Origin: a bacterium
GTDB lineage: Bacteria > Babelota > Babeliae > Babelales > UBA12409
Assembly (NCBI GenBank): GCA_021823685.1
Contig: JAKANL010000002.1
Coordinates: forward strand, 15,553-79,552
Length of the DNA: 64,000 nucleotides
Direction of reading: 5' to 3'
The translations under genes and the position numbers were made by a program. This document shows, in pieces, positions 1 through 10,179 of this stretch; the stretch's first letter is position 1; each line of letters starts with the position of its first letter. A model generated the notes under the pieces. It was not told the DNA's origin, ran no database searches, and saw nothing but the letters and a program-made list of their open reading frames with translations.

Positions 1-146
1 GCTCCATTAAAAATATTTCCGACCGCCCCCGTTCTCGTGGTAACATATCCCCTTCCCGAACCAAACGAGGGGTCCAAATGCCCAGCTTTATACGCACCGG
101 CGTCGAAACATACTGCAAGCAATAACGCAAAAAGTATCAGCCACAT
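1..146 (-). CDS. Secreted repeat protein, N-terminal part (gene runs off the left edge). Paralogue of the adjacent 245-1284 gene.
   Basis: Hand translation of the minus strand from ATG at 146 gives MWLILFALLLAVCFDAGAYKAGHLDPSFGSGRGYVTTRTGAVGNIFNG. This is a hydrophobic leader followed by the same LDxSFGxxGyV unit found in the neighbouring gene. It is shorter than the ORF-track cut-off. Confidence 0.5.
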   Translation of the reverse strand, partial: MWLILFALLLAVCFDAGAYKAGHLDPSFGSGRGYVTTRTGAVGNIFNG

Positions 147-244
147 AACAGCCTTTCTTTTTTAGGATTTCACCCCGAACGTACATCAATTACAACCACA
201 TGACAAATACCCGCATACGCAACGCGTATTGTTTGCGCAAGCCG

Positions 245-1284
245 CTAAAAATCACGGCTTTTCCGCCGCAACAAAGCACAAAATTGAGCAGAAAGATCCG
301 CATCACCCCTCTGCAACCCCAACTGCCCAACTATTTTTTTGGCCGCTATCACCTGCTCAGCTATCGGCGTTGCCGGTGCCGACGAAGATGCTGGCGATTC
401 GTCGGCAGGAGCCGGCGTTCCATCTCCGGGTTGCGGCGACGCGTCTGGATCTTCTTGCCCAGGATCAACAGAAGGTGCTGGTGGTTCGTCGGCAGGAACC
501 GGATCTAAGTAAGATAATGTTAAAAGATCAACCGTACCAGACCACGGATCGGATTTATTAGTAGCGCCGCCGCAACAGAAAATTTTCGCACCTGCCCCCG
601 TCCCCAAAATACCCGTAATACCTAAATTATTGGTTGAATCGCTCGTAGTTACCACACCGCCTGTTCCAAAAGTTAGATCGAGAATCCCCGTAGACGTGTA
701 TCTGAGCAAAAGCGTTGAAGTACTCGAAGGATCCTGCTCAGGAGAGGCATACCCACCAAGAAGCAAGTGCCCGGTTGGTTGCAGCGCACCAAAGAACCGT
801 CCTATAACCAGCATCTCCCCCCCCAAAACTCGAATCCAATCTTCCGTCAGTTTCTAAGCGCACCAAACAAATTCTTCGGTACAACGGATACGTATCATCT
901 TCACACGTCCCAACCAGCAAAATTTTATTATCAGGTTGTATAACCACCTGATTGGCAATCGACCACGATTTCCCAACCGCAATTCTGGTCATTCCTGGTA
1001 AATCGTTGTATCCAAAGGTTGTATCGAACATACCGTTAGAAAGATAACGAACAACGGCTAGATCCGAGGCGCCCGAGCCATATCCTTGCGTAGCTCCCGC
1101 AACAACTAATTTCCCATCAGCTTGCTGTACAATGCTACGCGCACTATCGTACATATCGCCTGATGCAACCGTATGCTCTACGACGTATCCAACGCCGCCA
1201 AAGCTGGTATCTAAATCGCCGGGATTAGCCGCCCAGAGACTCCCCACTGAACAAAAATAACCCAACCAAGAAAATACGTTTCAT
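245..1284 (-). pseudogene. Secreted beta-propeller-type repeat protein (LDxSFGxxG units, delta-60-repeat-like) with a Pro-rich C-terminal linker, broken by two homopolymer frameshifts
   Basis: A strong RBS (AAAGGAGAGG) lies 5 nt upstream of ATG at 1284 and opens MKRIFLVGLFLF..., which stops after 19 codons. The repeat ORF 738-1265 continues in the +1 frame, and ORF 245-826 continues in another frame. Removing one base from the A5 run at 1253-1257 and one from the C8 run at 817-824 restores a single ~345-aa ORF (…LDSSFGGEMLVIGRF…). Confidence 0.65.
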
Positions 1285-1394
1285 CCGATCCTCTCCTTTG
1301 CAAAACTTCCTACCTGAACCCTATAACAGGATGCCAAATTGGGCGAACAATGCACAGATCATTCAAAAACATCGAAACAGTCACAGTTTTCTTA

Positions 1395-1422
1395 TTGACA
1401 AACTGCCAGAAACCACTATTCT
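1395..1422 (+). promoter_or_regulatory. Candidate sigma70 promoter upstream of tRNA-fMet
   Basis: TTGACA (1395-1400), 16-nt spacer, TATTCT (1417-1422), about 85 nt upstream of the tRNA 5' end. Confidence 0.35.
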
Positions 1423-1507
1423 TAGTAGTGTAGGGTTTGTTCAAAAATCCCGTCGGCACAGAAAGCAATAAACATCGTTTGTGTCCGGCAAAAATCAAAA
1501 AAATGAT

Positions 1508-1584
<77 letters not shown>

Positions 1585-1676
1585 ATTTCTCTTTTAAATC
1601 CATCCATCTCTTGCAACCATGAATCAAAATCAGTTACATTACCCACAAATCAATCAGTGAAAAAGGAGTACTAATC

Positions 1677-3536
1677 GTGTTTTCACTGGCCGCTCTTCAT
1701 GAGCGTTACTATCAGTTTTTTTATCGCCTTTGTAATCTAAAAAATTATCAATGCCTCATCCCTCTTGATTTTAATAAGCCATGGTGGCAATTACTCGCAA
1801 AACAAAAGATGCGCCTGGCAATCGTTATCATTCCGCAAGCACTCAAAAAAATAGCCGATACCCTAAGCGCCTTCATCATCGGACTCATTTTAAGCTCGCA
1901 ACGCGTGGATTGGCTTATTTACTACGTTTTATGCTGGTTTGCTATCGTCATTCTCGTGTATATCTCAGATTTTAACTTTGCCCTCGTCGGCATCAGTACC
2001 CAAAGCATTCAATACTACGCACATCAATACTTGCTTAAAATTGATCCAATCTTTCACGCTACACGCTCAACCGGGCAAATTTTAGCCAAAATTGAACGCG
2101 CTAACACGGCCTACCGAGAAATTTTGGATATCGGTATCCACGATCTCATGTTCACCTTTATCGGTATGGCAACAGCAGTCGTGGCACTGTGGCCCTACAG
2201 CACGGCACTTGCAATTCTTTCATTCTGTCTTCTATCATCACTCGCCATCATCGCCGTCTTAGCGTTTATTTTTAATAACAATGCATTTATCGCACCATAT
2301 ATCCAGGCCGAAGATAGCGTACGTAGCACCGGAGTTGAAAATTTGTCACAAATAAATCTGATCAGATCGACCTTTGCCGGCAATGAAGCAAATCGTACTC
2401 TACGCCAAAAAACAACCCATGCTATTTACGTAGAACGAGCAACCTGGGGCGCTTTCTACCTGCTCAACGCCATCATGCGCATCCTTTATTTCTGCATCTT
2501 TCTCATCTTGGCTCTTTACATCTTCGCACTCATCAAAAAAGGCATTATGTCGAGCCTGCTTGGGACAACGCTCCTCATAACGTTTATTCGCGGAACGTAC
2601 GACATAACTAAAGTTGGACGCCGTGTCTATTGGTGTATCAGCGCAACAGAAAAAATTGATGATTTATTTAAATTTTTAAGCACCTTTGGCAAACAAACAT
2701 TTCCGGTACTCGGACAAGCCGAACACCGCTTTGAACTCCCCCTGACCAAAGAAAATAACCTAACTATTTCCGCACAAAATTTGCGTTTTGCGTACAATAC
2801 GACAGCCCATATTTTTAACGATCACTCACTTTTGCTCACGGTTAATCATACGCAAAAAAATAAATTATACGGCATTATTGGACCGTCCGGTATTGGAAAA
2901 ACAACGCTTCTTTCCATTTTGGGCGGACAGCTCAAACCGCAAGAGGGCACGGTAACGCTTAATGGCATTAATGTCTACTCGATTGATGACTACGCACGAC
3001 GCACGCTTATTTCTATGCAAAATCAAACCGCATCAACCCTACGCGGAACCGTACGAGAAAACCTTATTTTTGGCCTTCCAACCGATAAAACACTCTACAC
3101 CGATGAAGAGCTCATCAATGTCCTTCAACGCGTAGGTTTATGGAAAACGTTAAGCGAAAAGAAGGGGCTCGATACCTTTATTGGGGAGGGCGGCCTCACG
3201 CTATCCGGCGGCCAGCGCCAGCGTTTTAATTTCGCGAGTCTCTATCTACGCGCCCAATACTATAAACCGATGCTCATTCTCATGGACGAACCGACAAGCA
3301 GCTTGGATGACGTCAGTGAACGCGCCGTTAGTGATATGATTGATGAATTGGCACCCCATTCAGTGATATTCGTCATAGCACACCGCCTCAATACCATTAA
3401 AAACGCCCATGCACTGCTTGATATTTCAATGAGCAAAGAAACGAAAAAGCTTCGTTTTTACCCGCCAGAAATTTTGATAAAAAAATCGGCTTATTATCGC
3501 GCAATCATCGAAGGAGACATCTCTTTGGAAAGCTGA
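1677..3536 (+). CDS. ABC exporter, fused TMD-NBD half-transporter (type I exporter fold)
   Basis: 619 aa. The N-terminal half is polytopic and hydrophobic. The NBD has Walker A GPSGIGKTT, signature LSGGQRQR, Walker B LILMDEPTSSLD and H-loop VIAHRL. Confidence 0.85.
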   Translation: MFSLAALHERYYQFFYRLCNLKNYQCLIPLDFNKPWWQLLAKQKMRLAIVIIPQALKKIADTLSAFIIGLILSSQRVDWLIYYVLCWFAIVILVYISDFNFALVGISTQSIQYYAHQYLLKIDPIFHATRSTGQILAKIERANTAYREILDIGIHDLMFTFIGMATAVVALWPYSTALAILSFCLLSSLAIIAVLAFIFNNNAFIAPYIQAEDSVRSTGVENLSQINLIRSTFAGNEANRTLRQKTTHAIYVERATWGAFYLLNAIMRILYFCIFLILALYIFALIKKGIMSSLLGTTLLITFIRGTYDITKVGRRVYWCISATEKIDDLFKFLSTFGKQTFPVLGQAEHRFELPLTKENNLTISAQNLRFAYNTTAHIFNDHSLLLTVNHTQKNKLYGIIGPSGIGKTTLLSILGGQLKPQEGTVTLNGINVYSIDDYARRTLISMQNQTASTLRGTVRENLIFGLPTDKTLYTDEELINVLQRVGLWKTLSEKKGLDTFIGEGGLTLSGGQRQRFNFASLYLRAQYYKPMLILMDEPTSSLDDVSERAVSDMIDELAPHSVIFVIAHRLNTIKNAHALLDISMSKETKKLRFYPPEILIKKSAYYRAIIEGDISLES

Positions 3537-3751
3537 AGCCGTTCCAACTTGACGACCCCCCAGAGTACCCCTTATGCTTAATACACAAAGCGCACTGGGA
3601 GAAAACGCTTCATGGGACATAGTCCAACAAATATCAAAAATGATCTTATCGCAGTCTCTTTTGTCACTTTAGGTGATTTTTTATTCCGTTTTTTGACGCT
3701 GGCGTAATGTAGGCTTTATGCAATACAAATTTTTGACCATAACGGTCCAGC

Positions 3752-5671
3752 ATGCTTAGACACAGTCCGTCTTTTTACAAACGGTATTATGGCGCACTGT
3801 ACCGGTTTTTTAACATGCAACACCATAGCAACTTGCTTTCGGTTAATTTCAATAAACCATGGTGGAAACTCATCACGGTTCAAAAAAAACAATTCATCAT
3901 CATTTTTATTATTGAAAGCATCAGAGAGGCGTTTGCAATCGCGCCGGCCCTTTTTCTCGGTTTTTGTTTTGAAAGAGGCCGCCTCGATTACTTTCTGTAT
4001 TTTATCGGTGCGTGGCTCCTGCTCCTGGGCGTTGAATATGTATCGGATTTCTATGCAACCATTGCGCATCTCCAATGTACGCAAAGTATTTATTATGCGG
4101 CCAATCAACGCATGCTTACTATCGATCCCATACACCATGCCACCAACGAAAAAGGCAAAATTATAGCCAAGATTTACCGGGCCGCTGACGCTTACCAAGA
4201 AGTACTGCGCCTGGCTACCTATGAATTATTGCCAACCATTATTGGCTTGATTACCGTCGTTGTCTCATTTTTGATTATCGATGTCACACTCGGTCTTCTG
4301 GCTCTTGTCTCACTGCTCACGCTTTGTACACTTTTTAGCGTTTTATATTTTATTACCGCCAAGGCAACCTTACCCATACGCGTTGAAATGGACGACAAAG
4401 CAAAAACTTTGGGCACCGAAAGCTTGGCCCAAATTGAACTTATCCGTGCTACATTTACCAGCGACCACATTGATCAACGACTCAAAAGTGTCAATAACAA
4501 ACGGTTGTACCATGAAGAAACGGCCTGGCGCGCCTATTTTGTCGTTGGCACCATAACCAAAATATTTTACGTAAGCGCCTTCGCTCTCAACGGAATTTAT
4601 ATTTTCTGGCTCATGCGCGCTGGGACGGTTTCGATTATTCTTGGGGCCAGCCTTCTCATTACTTTTTTTGAGGGTACCGACAAACTCCTCAAAATCGGCC
4701 AATTTTTATACGATCTTGCAAATAATATCGATCGAGTTCGCGATCTCTTTGCTTTTCTCAAAAATTACGGGGCACAAACATTCCCGGTTATCGAACCGCA
4801 AAAGGAATCCGTCACTATTTCTGCCAACCCACAAAACACACTCATCGAGGTTAAAAAGCTTAAATTTCGATACAACGCCTATACCACAATTTTCAGCGGG
4901 CAATCGCTTTTGCTCAACGTCCCCACCGAACAACCAAACAAGCTATACGGCGTGATTGGTTTTTCCGGGCAGGGCAAATCAACCCTTCTTTCGATTTTGG
5001 GGGGGCAGCTTAAGCCACAGCAAGGAACCGTCAAAATTAACGGCGTAAATATCTATACCATCAATGACGAACAACGCCGTACGCTTATTGCACTACAAAA
5101 ACAGGCAAGCAGTAGCCTGTGGGGCACCGCACGATACAATATCACGTTTGGACTTCCCTATAATCAATCCCCTTACACCGACGATGAGCTTATCGCCATT
5201 TTTCAACGCGTTGGATTATGGAAAATTTTTAGCAAAAAACGTGGCTTAGATACTACCATAAGCGAAGGAGGGCTTACCCTTTCTATGGGACAACGCCAGC
5301 GCCTCAACTTCGCCAATCTTTACCTGCGCGCCACGTATTACCGACCAGCAATAGTTCTTATTGACGAACCAACCAGCAGCTTAGACGAAATGAGTGAACA
5401 AGCCGTAACTGAAATGATCACTGAACTCTCTCGTTCATCAGTAGTACTCGTCGTTGCCCATCGTATCAGAACACTTGAAAAAACCGTCGGCATTTTAGAC
5501 CTATCACGGCTCGCTCAAGACACGCAGCTCGATTTTCAAACACGCGATGTTTTGCTTGAAACATCAAGTTATTACCATCAGCTCGTTGAAGGCAAACTGG
5601 GCTTTGACAGCCCCGTCACTAAACAAATAATCCCATCCATTCAACCCCCATTGTATGACGCAACGGTATAA
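3752..5671 (+). CDS. ABC exporter half-transporter, paralogue of the 1677-3536 gene (probable heterodimer partner)
   Basis: 639 aa, collinear with the upstream gene (KLYGVIGFSGQGKSTLLSILGGQLKPQQGTV versus KLYGIIGPSGIGKTTLLSILGGQLKPQEGTV). The signature motif is degenerate (LSMGQRQR). Walker B is IVLIDEPTSSLD. Confidence 0.85.
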   Translation: MLRHSPSFYKRYYGALYRFFNMQHHSNLLSVNFNKPWWKLITVQKKQFIIIFIIESIREAFAIAPALFLGFCFERGRLDYFLYFIGAWLLLLGVEYVSDFYATIAHLQCTQSIYYAANQRMLTIDPIHHATNEKGKIIAKIYRAADAYQEVLRLATYELLPTIIGLITVVVSFLIIDVTLGLLALVSLLTLCTLFSVLYFITAKATLPIRVEMDDKAKTLGTESLAQIELIRATFTSDHIDQRLKSVNNKRLYHEETAWRAYFVVGTITKIFYVSAFALNGIYIFWLMRAGTVSIILGASLLITFFEGTDKLLKIGQFLYDLANNIDRVRDLFAFLKNYGAQTFPVIEPQKESVTISANPQNTLIEVKKLKFRYNAYTTIFSGQSLLLNVPTEQPNKLYGVIGFSGQGKSTLLSILGGQLKPQQGTVKINGVNIYTINDEQRRTLIALQKQASSSLWGTARYNITFGLPYNQSPYTDDELIAIFQRVGLWKIFSKKRGLDTTISEGGLTLSMGQRQRLNFANLYLRATYYRPAIVLIDEPTSSLDEMSEQAVTEMITELSRSSVVLVVAHRIRTLEKTVGILDLSRLAQDTQLDFQTRDVLLETSSYYHQLVEGKLGFDSPVTKQIIPSIQPPLYDATV

Positions 5672-5675
5672 AACT

Positions 5676-6353
5676 ATGATCAAAACACCAACAGCTACTA
5701 TTTTTTTTGGGAACGCATCGCACGCCGTAATTCCCGATGTCATCCGGACAACTACGTTGCGGCCACTCGCATGCCCATTACCTGTCCAGCAGCTCTTTTT
5801 CCAAAATCAGGTACATAAAAACCAGGGCCTGGCCATTACCGAAGAAACACGGAAAAACTACACCGCACACCTTGTGCACGACAGTGATTATCTCATTACC
5901 CATCTGCCAAATATCGGTATCGGTGTGCTCACAGCCGATTGTGCTCCAATCGCACTCATTGATCCGCGTAACACGGCCATCGCCATGATCCACGCGGGCT
6001 GGCGCGGCAGCGTTGGCGGCATCGTACTAAACGCACTTGCACACATGAATAATCTCTATGGCACACAGGCCAGCGACGCAATCGCTTACATCGGCCCCTG
6101 TGCGCATACCTGCTGCTACCAGATCGACCAAACGTTTGTTAACCAATTACCCGGTTGGGCGCACGCTTTTGTACAAAATAATCGCTTTGATCTAGTCGCA
6201 TGTAACAGCACAATACTGCGGCAGGCTGGTATTCCAGCCGAACAAATCAATCTGAACACCAGCACATGCACCATATGCAACGAGAAATTTTTATCATACC
6301 GCCGCAATTCATTGAATCCAGCTCGCCAGCCAAGTATAATTTGGCTAAACTAA
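5676..6353 (+). CDS. pgeF: YfiH/PgeF-family (DUF152) purine nucleoside phosphorylase / peptidoglycan editing factor
   Basis: Family motifs are present: LTADCAPIAL, HAGWRGSVGGI, GPC…CCY and SYRR. An alternative ATG at 5655 would overlap the upstream stop. Confidence 0.75.
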   Translation: MIKTPTATIFFGNASHAVIPDVIRTTTLRPLACPLPVQQLFFQNQVHKNQGLAITEETRKNYTAHLVHDSDYLITHLPNIGIGVLTADCAPIALIDPRNTAIAMIHAGWRGSVGGIVLNALAHMNNLYGTQASDAIAYIGPCAHTCCYQIDQTFVNQLPGWAHAFVQNNRFDLVACNSTILRQAGIPAEQINLNTSTCTICNEKFLSYRRNSLNPARQPSIIWLN

Positions 6354-6433
6354 TACGTGAGTAGTTACATGCTTACGTAACATTTTGGTAATGATAAAAA
6401 AGGTTTCCCCCAAAAAGATTGCTAAGGAATTCG

Positions 6434-8899
6434 ATGATCACTGCAGTGTTATCCAAACTATTTGGCAGCGCTAACGAGCGAAAGCTTAAACGCCTGGTCG
6501 CAACCGTCCGCAAAGTTAACGAATTCGAGCCAGCCATAAGCGCACTTACCCAAGATCAATTAACTGCCAAGACCGGCGAATTCAAGGAAAAGCTCGCTCA
6601 GGGCGCAACATTAGAAGATATTCTGCCAGAAGCATTTGCCGTTGTTCGCGAAGCATCCAAGCGCACGCTGGGCATGCGGCACTTTGATGTACAAGTTGCC
6701 GGCGCGACCATTCTCCATCAAGGCTGTATTGCTGAAATGAAGACAGGTGAAGGCAAAACCCTGGTAGCAACCATGCCGCTTTACCTCAACGCACTTTCCG
6801 GCAAAGGCGCACATTTGGTTACCGTAAACGATTATTTGGCCCGCCGTGACGCAGAATGGAACGCCCCGATTTATCAAAGTCTCGGCCTGAGCGTCGGCGT
6901 TCTCCAAAACCAAATGGATGATGAAGAGCGGAAAAAAGCGTATCAATCAGATATTCTTTACGCCACCAATAATGAACTTGGGTTTGACTATCTGCGCGAT
7001 AACATGAAGTTCCGTCTTTCCGATTACGTCCAACGCGATCTCAACTACGCAATTGTCGACGAAGTTGACTCGATTTTAATCGATGAAGCGCGAACACCGC
7101 TGATCATTTCTGGCCCAACGGACCAAGAAAGCGATATGTATGTACAAGCCGACCGCGTAGTAAAATATTTTAAACGTGGCGAAGATTATGAAGTTGATGA
7201 AAAAGCTCGATCCGTGCAATTAACAGAACATGGCATGGATAAAGTCGAACGAGCTTTTAATATTACCAATCTCTACGATCCAACCAATCTGGAACTCCTC
7301 CATCACATCACGCAAGCAACCAAGGCACACGCACTCTTTAAGCGTGACGTCGATTATATCGTCAGAGAAGAAGAAGTTCTTATTGTCGATGAATTTACGG
7401 GACGTATTCTGATGGGCCGCCGTTATAGCGATGGTCTTCACCAAGCGTTAGAAGCAAAAGAAGGGGTTACGGTTGAAAAAGAAAGCCAAACGCTGGCATC
7501 TATCACCCTGCAAAATTATTTCAGGCTCTATAAAAAGCTCGCCGGCATGACCGGTACTGCCATGACGGAAGCGGAAGAATTTTATCGTATTTATAAGCTC
7601 GATGTTGTCTCGGTGCCAACTCATTTACCGATGGTCCGCATCGATAAACCGGATCTTATTTTCTTCAATAAGCAAGCGAAAGAAAAAGCAATCGTTCAAG
7701 ATATCAAAGAACGTTATAAAAAAGGCCAGCCGGTACTCGTAGGCACCATAGCCGTTGAAGCTTCAGAAAGGCTCAGCCAACTACTGAAAATAAACGGCGT
7801 ACCACACGAAGTACTTAATGCCAAACAACACGCAAGAGAAGCTGAAATTGTTGCCTACGCCGGGCATCCAAACCGCATCACGATCGCAACCAACATGGCC
7901 GGCCGCGGTACTGATATTAAACTAACGCCGGAATCCCGCGCCACAGGCGGACTGTACATTTTGGGAACCGAACGGCATGAAAGCCGCCGTATCGATAACC
8001 AGTTGCGTGGGCGCTCTGGCCGCCAAGGCGATCCAGGGGAATCCCGCTTTTATATCTCGCTTGATGATGATCTCATTAGAATCTTCAATCCAACCCTACA
8101 ACAAAGGATGCAGAGTCTGGGCGGTATGACCGAAGATGATACTATTGAATCAAAATTTTTATCAAAAGGAATTGAACGCGCTCAAGAAAAGGTGGAAAAG
8201 CATAATTTTGAAATTCGCAAACACCTGCTTGAATATGACGACGTCATGAATCAACACCGTACGGTAATTTATCGTTACCGCCGCGAAATTTTAGAACAAA
8301 GCCAAAATACTAAGCAACTAATCTCTGATTTAATTATTGATTTCGTTAATGATCTAGTTAATCAGCAATGCCCATCACGCAATGTAAGCCAAGAACAAAT
8401 TACGGCACTCTTCCAAGCCGTAGCCAATCTCACACAATTGCCGCCAAGCGGTCTAGCCAACGCCAAACTTAATACCGCCACAAGCGACACAATCAAAAAC
8501 GATCTGACGGCATTTTTACTCAAGCATTACGAATACTACCGCGCTAAATTCGAGCAAGGGCAAATCGAGGAAGCTGAGCGCTGGATTATGTTAGAAACGG
8601 TAGACCGCGCCTGGAAGCAGCACATGCTCAATATCGATCACCTTAAAGAGGGTATTGGCTATCGCGGCATGGGACAAAAGAACCCACTTCAGGAATACAA
8701 ACGTGAAGCGTTTTATATGTTCCAAGAAATGATGCAAAACATAAAGTGGGAAATTGTATACCGCATTTACCACTTCAATGCCGCGCATTTCAATCAACAG
8801 GAACTGGTAGAGCGCAGAAAGCGTGAATTGGAACAGCTGATGGTCGGCGGACAACAGGCACCGCAACAACGAACAAACAAAAAAAATAAGAGAAGATAG
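6434..8899 (+). CDS. secA: Preprotein translocase ATPase SecA
   Basis: N-terminus is MITAVLSKLFGSANERKLKRL. Motifs MKTGEGKTL, DEVDSILIDEARTPLIISG and TNMAGRGTDI are present. The C-terminus is basic and lacks the Cys-rich zinc tail. Confidence 0.95.
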   Translation: MITAVLSKLFGSANERKLKRLVATVRKVNEFEPAISALTQDQLTAKTGEFKEKLAQGATLEDILPEAFAVVREASKRTLGMRHFDVQVAGATILHQGCIAEMKTGEGKTLVATMPLYLNALSGKGAHLVTVNDYLARRDAEWNAPIYQSLGLSVGVLQNQMDDEERKKAYQSDILYATNNELGFDYLRDNMKFRLSDYVQRDLNYAIVDEVDSILIDEARTPLIISGPTDQESDMYVQADRVVKYFKRGEDYEVDEKARSVQLTEHGMDKVERAFNITNLYDPTNLELLHHITQATKAHALFKRDVDYIVREEEVLIVDEFTGRILMGRRYSDGLHQALEAKEGVTVEKESQTLASITLQNYFRLYKKLAGMTGTAMTEAEEFYRIYKLDVVSVPTHLPMVRIDKPDLIFFNKQAKEKAIVQDIKERYKKGQPVLVGTIAVEASERLSQLLKINGVPHEVLNAKQHAREAEIVAYAGHPNRITIATNMAGRGTDIKLTPESRATGGLYILGTERHESRRIDNQLRGRSGRQGDPGESRFYISLDDDLIRIFNPTLQQRMQSLGGMTEDDTIESKFLSKGIERAQEKVEKHNFEIRKHLLEYDDVMNQHRTVIYRYRREILEQSQNTKQLISDLIIDFVNDLVNQQCPSRNVSQEQITALFQAVANLTQLPPSGLANAKLNTATSDTIKNDLTAFLLKHYEYYRAKFEQGQIEEAERWIMLETVDRAWKQHMLNIDHLKEGIGYRGMGQKNPLQEYKREAFYMFQEMMQNIKWEIVYRIYHFNAAHFNQQELVERRKRELEQLMVGGQQAPQQRTNKKNKRR

Positions 8900-8900
8900 T

Positions 8901-8929
8901 TTTACAAAAAACGCGCTCTTTAGTATAAT
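8901..8929 (+). promoter_or_regulatory. Candidate sigma70 promoter for the 8971 gene
   Basis: TTTACA (8901-8906), 17-nt spacer, TATAAT (8924-8929), immediately after the secA stop. Confidence 0.5.
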
Positions 8930-8970
8930 TTTTTCCGAAAATGTACCATCTTTTTCTCAAAGGAGCTCTC

Positions 8971-9975
8971 ATGCAATCGCGTCATTTGGCACTTTGTGCT
9001 TTGTGTATCAGTTCGATAAGCGTATTAACACACACCTACGACCAACCAAAAGGTATCACGCGCTTCCAATCATGGCCTACCGGAATCTCGTATGACAGCG
9101 ATTGTTTTTACGAATTACAACCGCAGCTATACACCGATAAAGTAAGCATATTGAAAAAGAAGTTCAAAATAAGCTCAAAATCTTTTATCATTGACCTTTT
9201 TGGCGTTGAGTTAGCAACTCAATGGTGGCCTTTTGGTTATGAAGGCGACGTTATTCAACACGATCCGCTCGATGCCATAACTCTTGGAGCACAAGCGATT
9301 AGCCCGGCCATTATTCAGGAATCGCTGCGTATTATTTCAACCACCAAGGCGCTTGAAAAACAGAATGAAAACTACGATCAACTGAAGGCTGATGGCCAAC
9401 AATTTGCCACCCTACTGCATGATTCGCTCTGCTCAAAAATCAATCGTTGCCGTTTCGTCAAAGGTATGGCTTTAACAGGTGGCCTCTTGATCTTTGGTCG
9501 TCACATACTTAACCATTTACCTGCGTACGCTCAACAAAAAACAGCCGCGCTTGACGCGCAACTTCCTGCCGTTGTCAATAACTATGCACCTGGCCTAAAT
9601 GCAGTAGCCAAAAATATTTGCGCCAGCGCAACAGGAGTTATAGACGTAACCAATATCGGTGATTTGGCCAAACAAATCGCTGACCAAAAAATAACTCCCC
9701 AGGATAAAGAAAAGCTTTCAAAACAGCTCACGGCATCAACCTGGCTGGGCATGGGCGCACTGGGCTTATACACTTACATGTGGAACAAGTTGCAAGGAAT
9801 CTACATTAGCTGCGGTATCAGATGTTACGACTTATTGCTCAATTCAAATCAACTCACGTTCAGCGATAAGCCTGCAATTAAGAAGCAATTGCTCGAACTC
9901 AAGGGCAAAGTCGCTGCGTTCGGCTTCGATACACGTTATGCCAAAAAGTTCCAAGAATTAGCCGATAAACTATAA
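8971..9975 (+). CDS. Hypothetical signal-peptide protein with two Gly-rich hydrophobic segments (tandem family member A)
   Basis: AAGGAG lies 7 nt upstream of ATG 8971. The leader is MQSRHLALCALCISSISVL. Hydrophobic segments are VKGMALTGGLLIFG and STWLGMGALGLYTYMW. No recognisable catalytic motif. Confidence 0.6.
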   Translation: MQSRHLALCALCISSISVLTHTYDQPKGITRFQSWPTGISYDSDCFYELQPQLYTDKVSILKKKFKISSKSFIIDLFGVELATQWWPFGYEGDVIQHDPLDAITLGAQAISPAIIQESLRIISTTKALEKQNENYDQLKADGQQFATLLHDSLCSKINRCRFVKGMALTGGLLIFGRHILNHLPAYAQQKTAALDAQLPAVVNNYAPGLNAVAKNICASATGVIDVTNIGDLAKQIADQKITPQDKEKLSKQLTASTWLGMGALGLYTYMWNKLQGIYISCGIRCYDLLLNSNQLTFSDKPAIKKQLLELKGKVAAFGFDTRYAKKFQELADKL

Positions 9976-10001
9976 TTTTTCTTAAATCAATCGATATTTA
10001 A

Positions 10002-10038
10002 GTGAGGGCTGCCGCGTTGGCAGTCCTCACTTCTTTTG
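10002..10038 (+). terminator. Rho-independent terminator
   Basis: 12-bp stem GTGAGGGCTGCC/GGCAGTCCTCAC with one G-U pair, a 5-nt loop, then TTCTTTTG. Confidence 0.7.
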
Positions 10039-10096
10039 AGCCAAAAAAGTTAAAGTTTGCTATGCGGTTATTTTAAAAAAATGGCTTAAATACTGA

Positions 10097-10125
10097 TTGA
10101 CGCATTCACCAATTCCAGCTACAAT
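10097..10125 (+). promoter_or_regulatory. Candidate sigma70 promoter for the 10180 gene
   Basis: TTGACG (10097-10102), 17-nt spacer, TACAAT (10120-10125). Confidence 0.55.
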
Positions 10126-10179
10126 GACAAAAGAATGGCCGACTTTTGGCCACAAACATTTTTATCGAATAGGGGTCTC

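Noticed and set aside
245-330. RGD tripeptide (LQRGDADL) near the C-terminus of the frameshifted repeat protein
   Set aside because: A three-residue motif is expected by chance, and the gene is disrupted upstream. It is not evidence for integrin binding.
200-561. Plus-strand Arg/Cys/Trp-rich ORFs (200-508 and 229-561) with an internal RRCWRFVGRSR / RRCWWFVGRNR repeat
   Set aside because: They are the antisense reading of the Pro-rich direct repeat (PADEPPAPS / PADESPASS) of the minus-strand repeat protein. The repeat is real, but the plus-strand ORFs are not credible genes.
3716-4198. 160-aa minus-strand ORF at the start of the second ABC gene. Similar antisense ORFs occur at 19911-20402, 31164-31631, 47594-48085 and 51003-51574.
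   Set aside because: All are antisense to or overlap motif-supported genes, lack start-site signals and have skewed composition. They are shadow ORFs.
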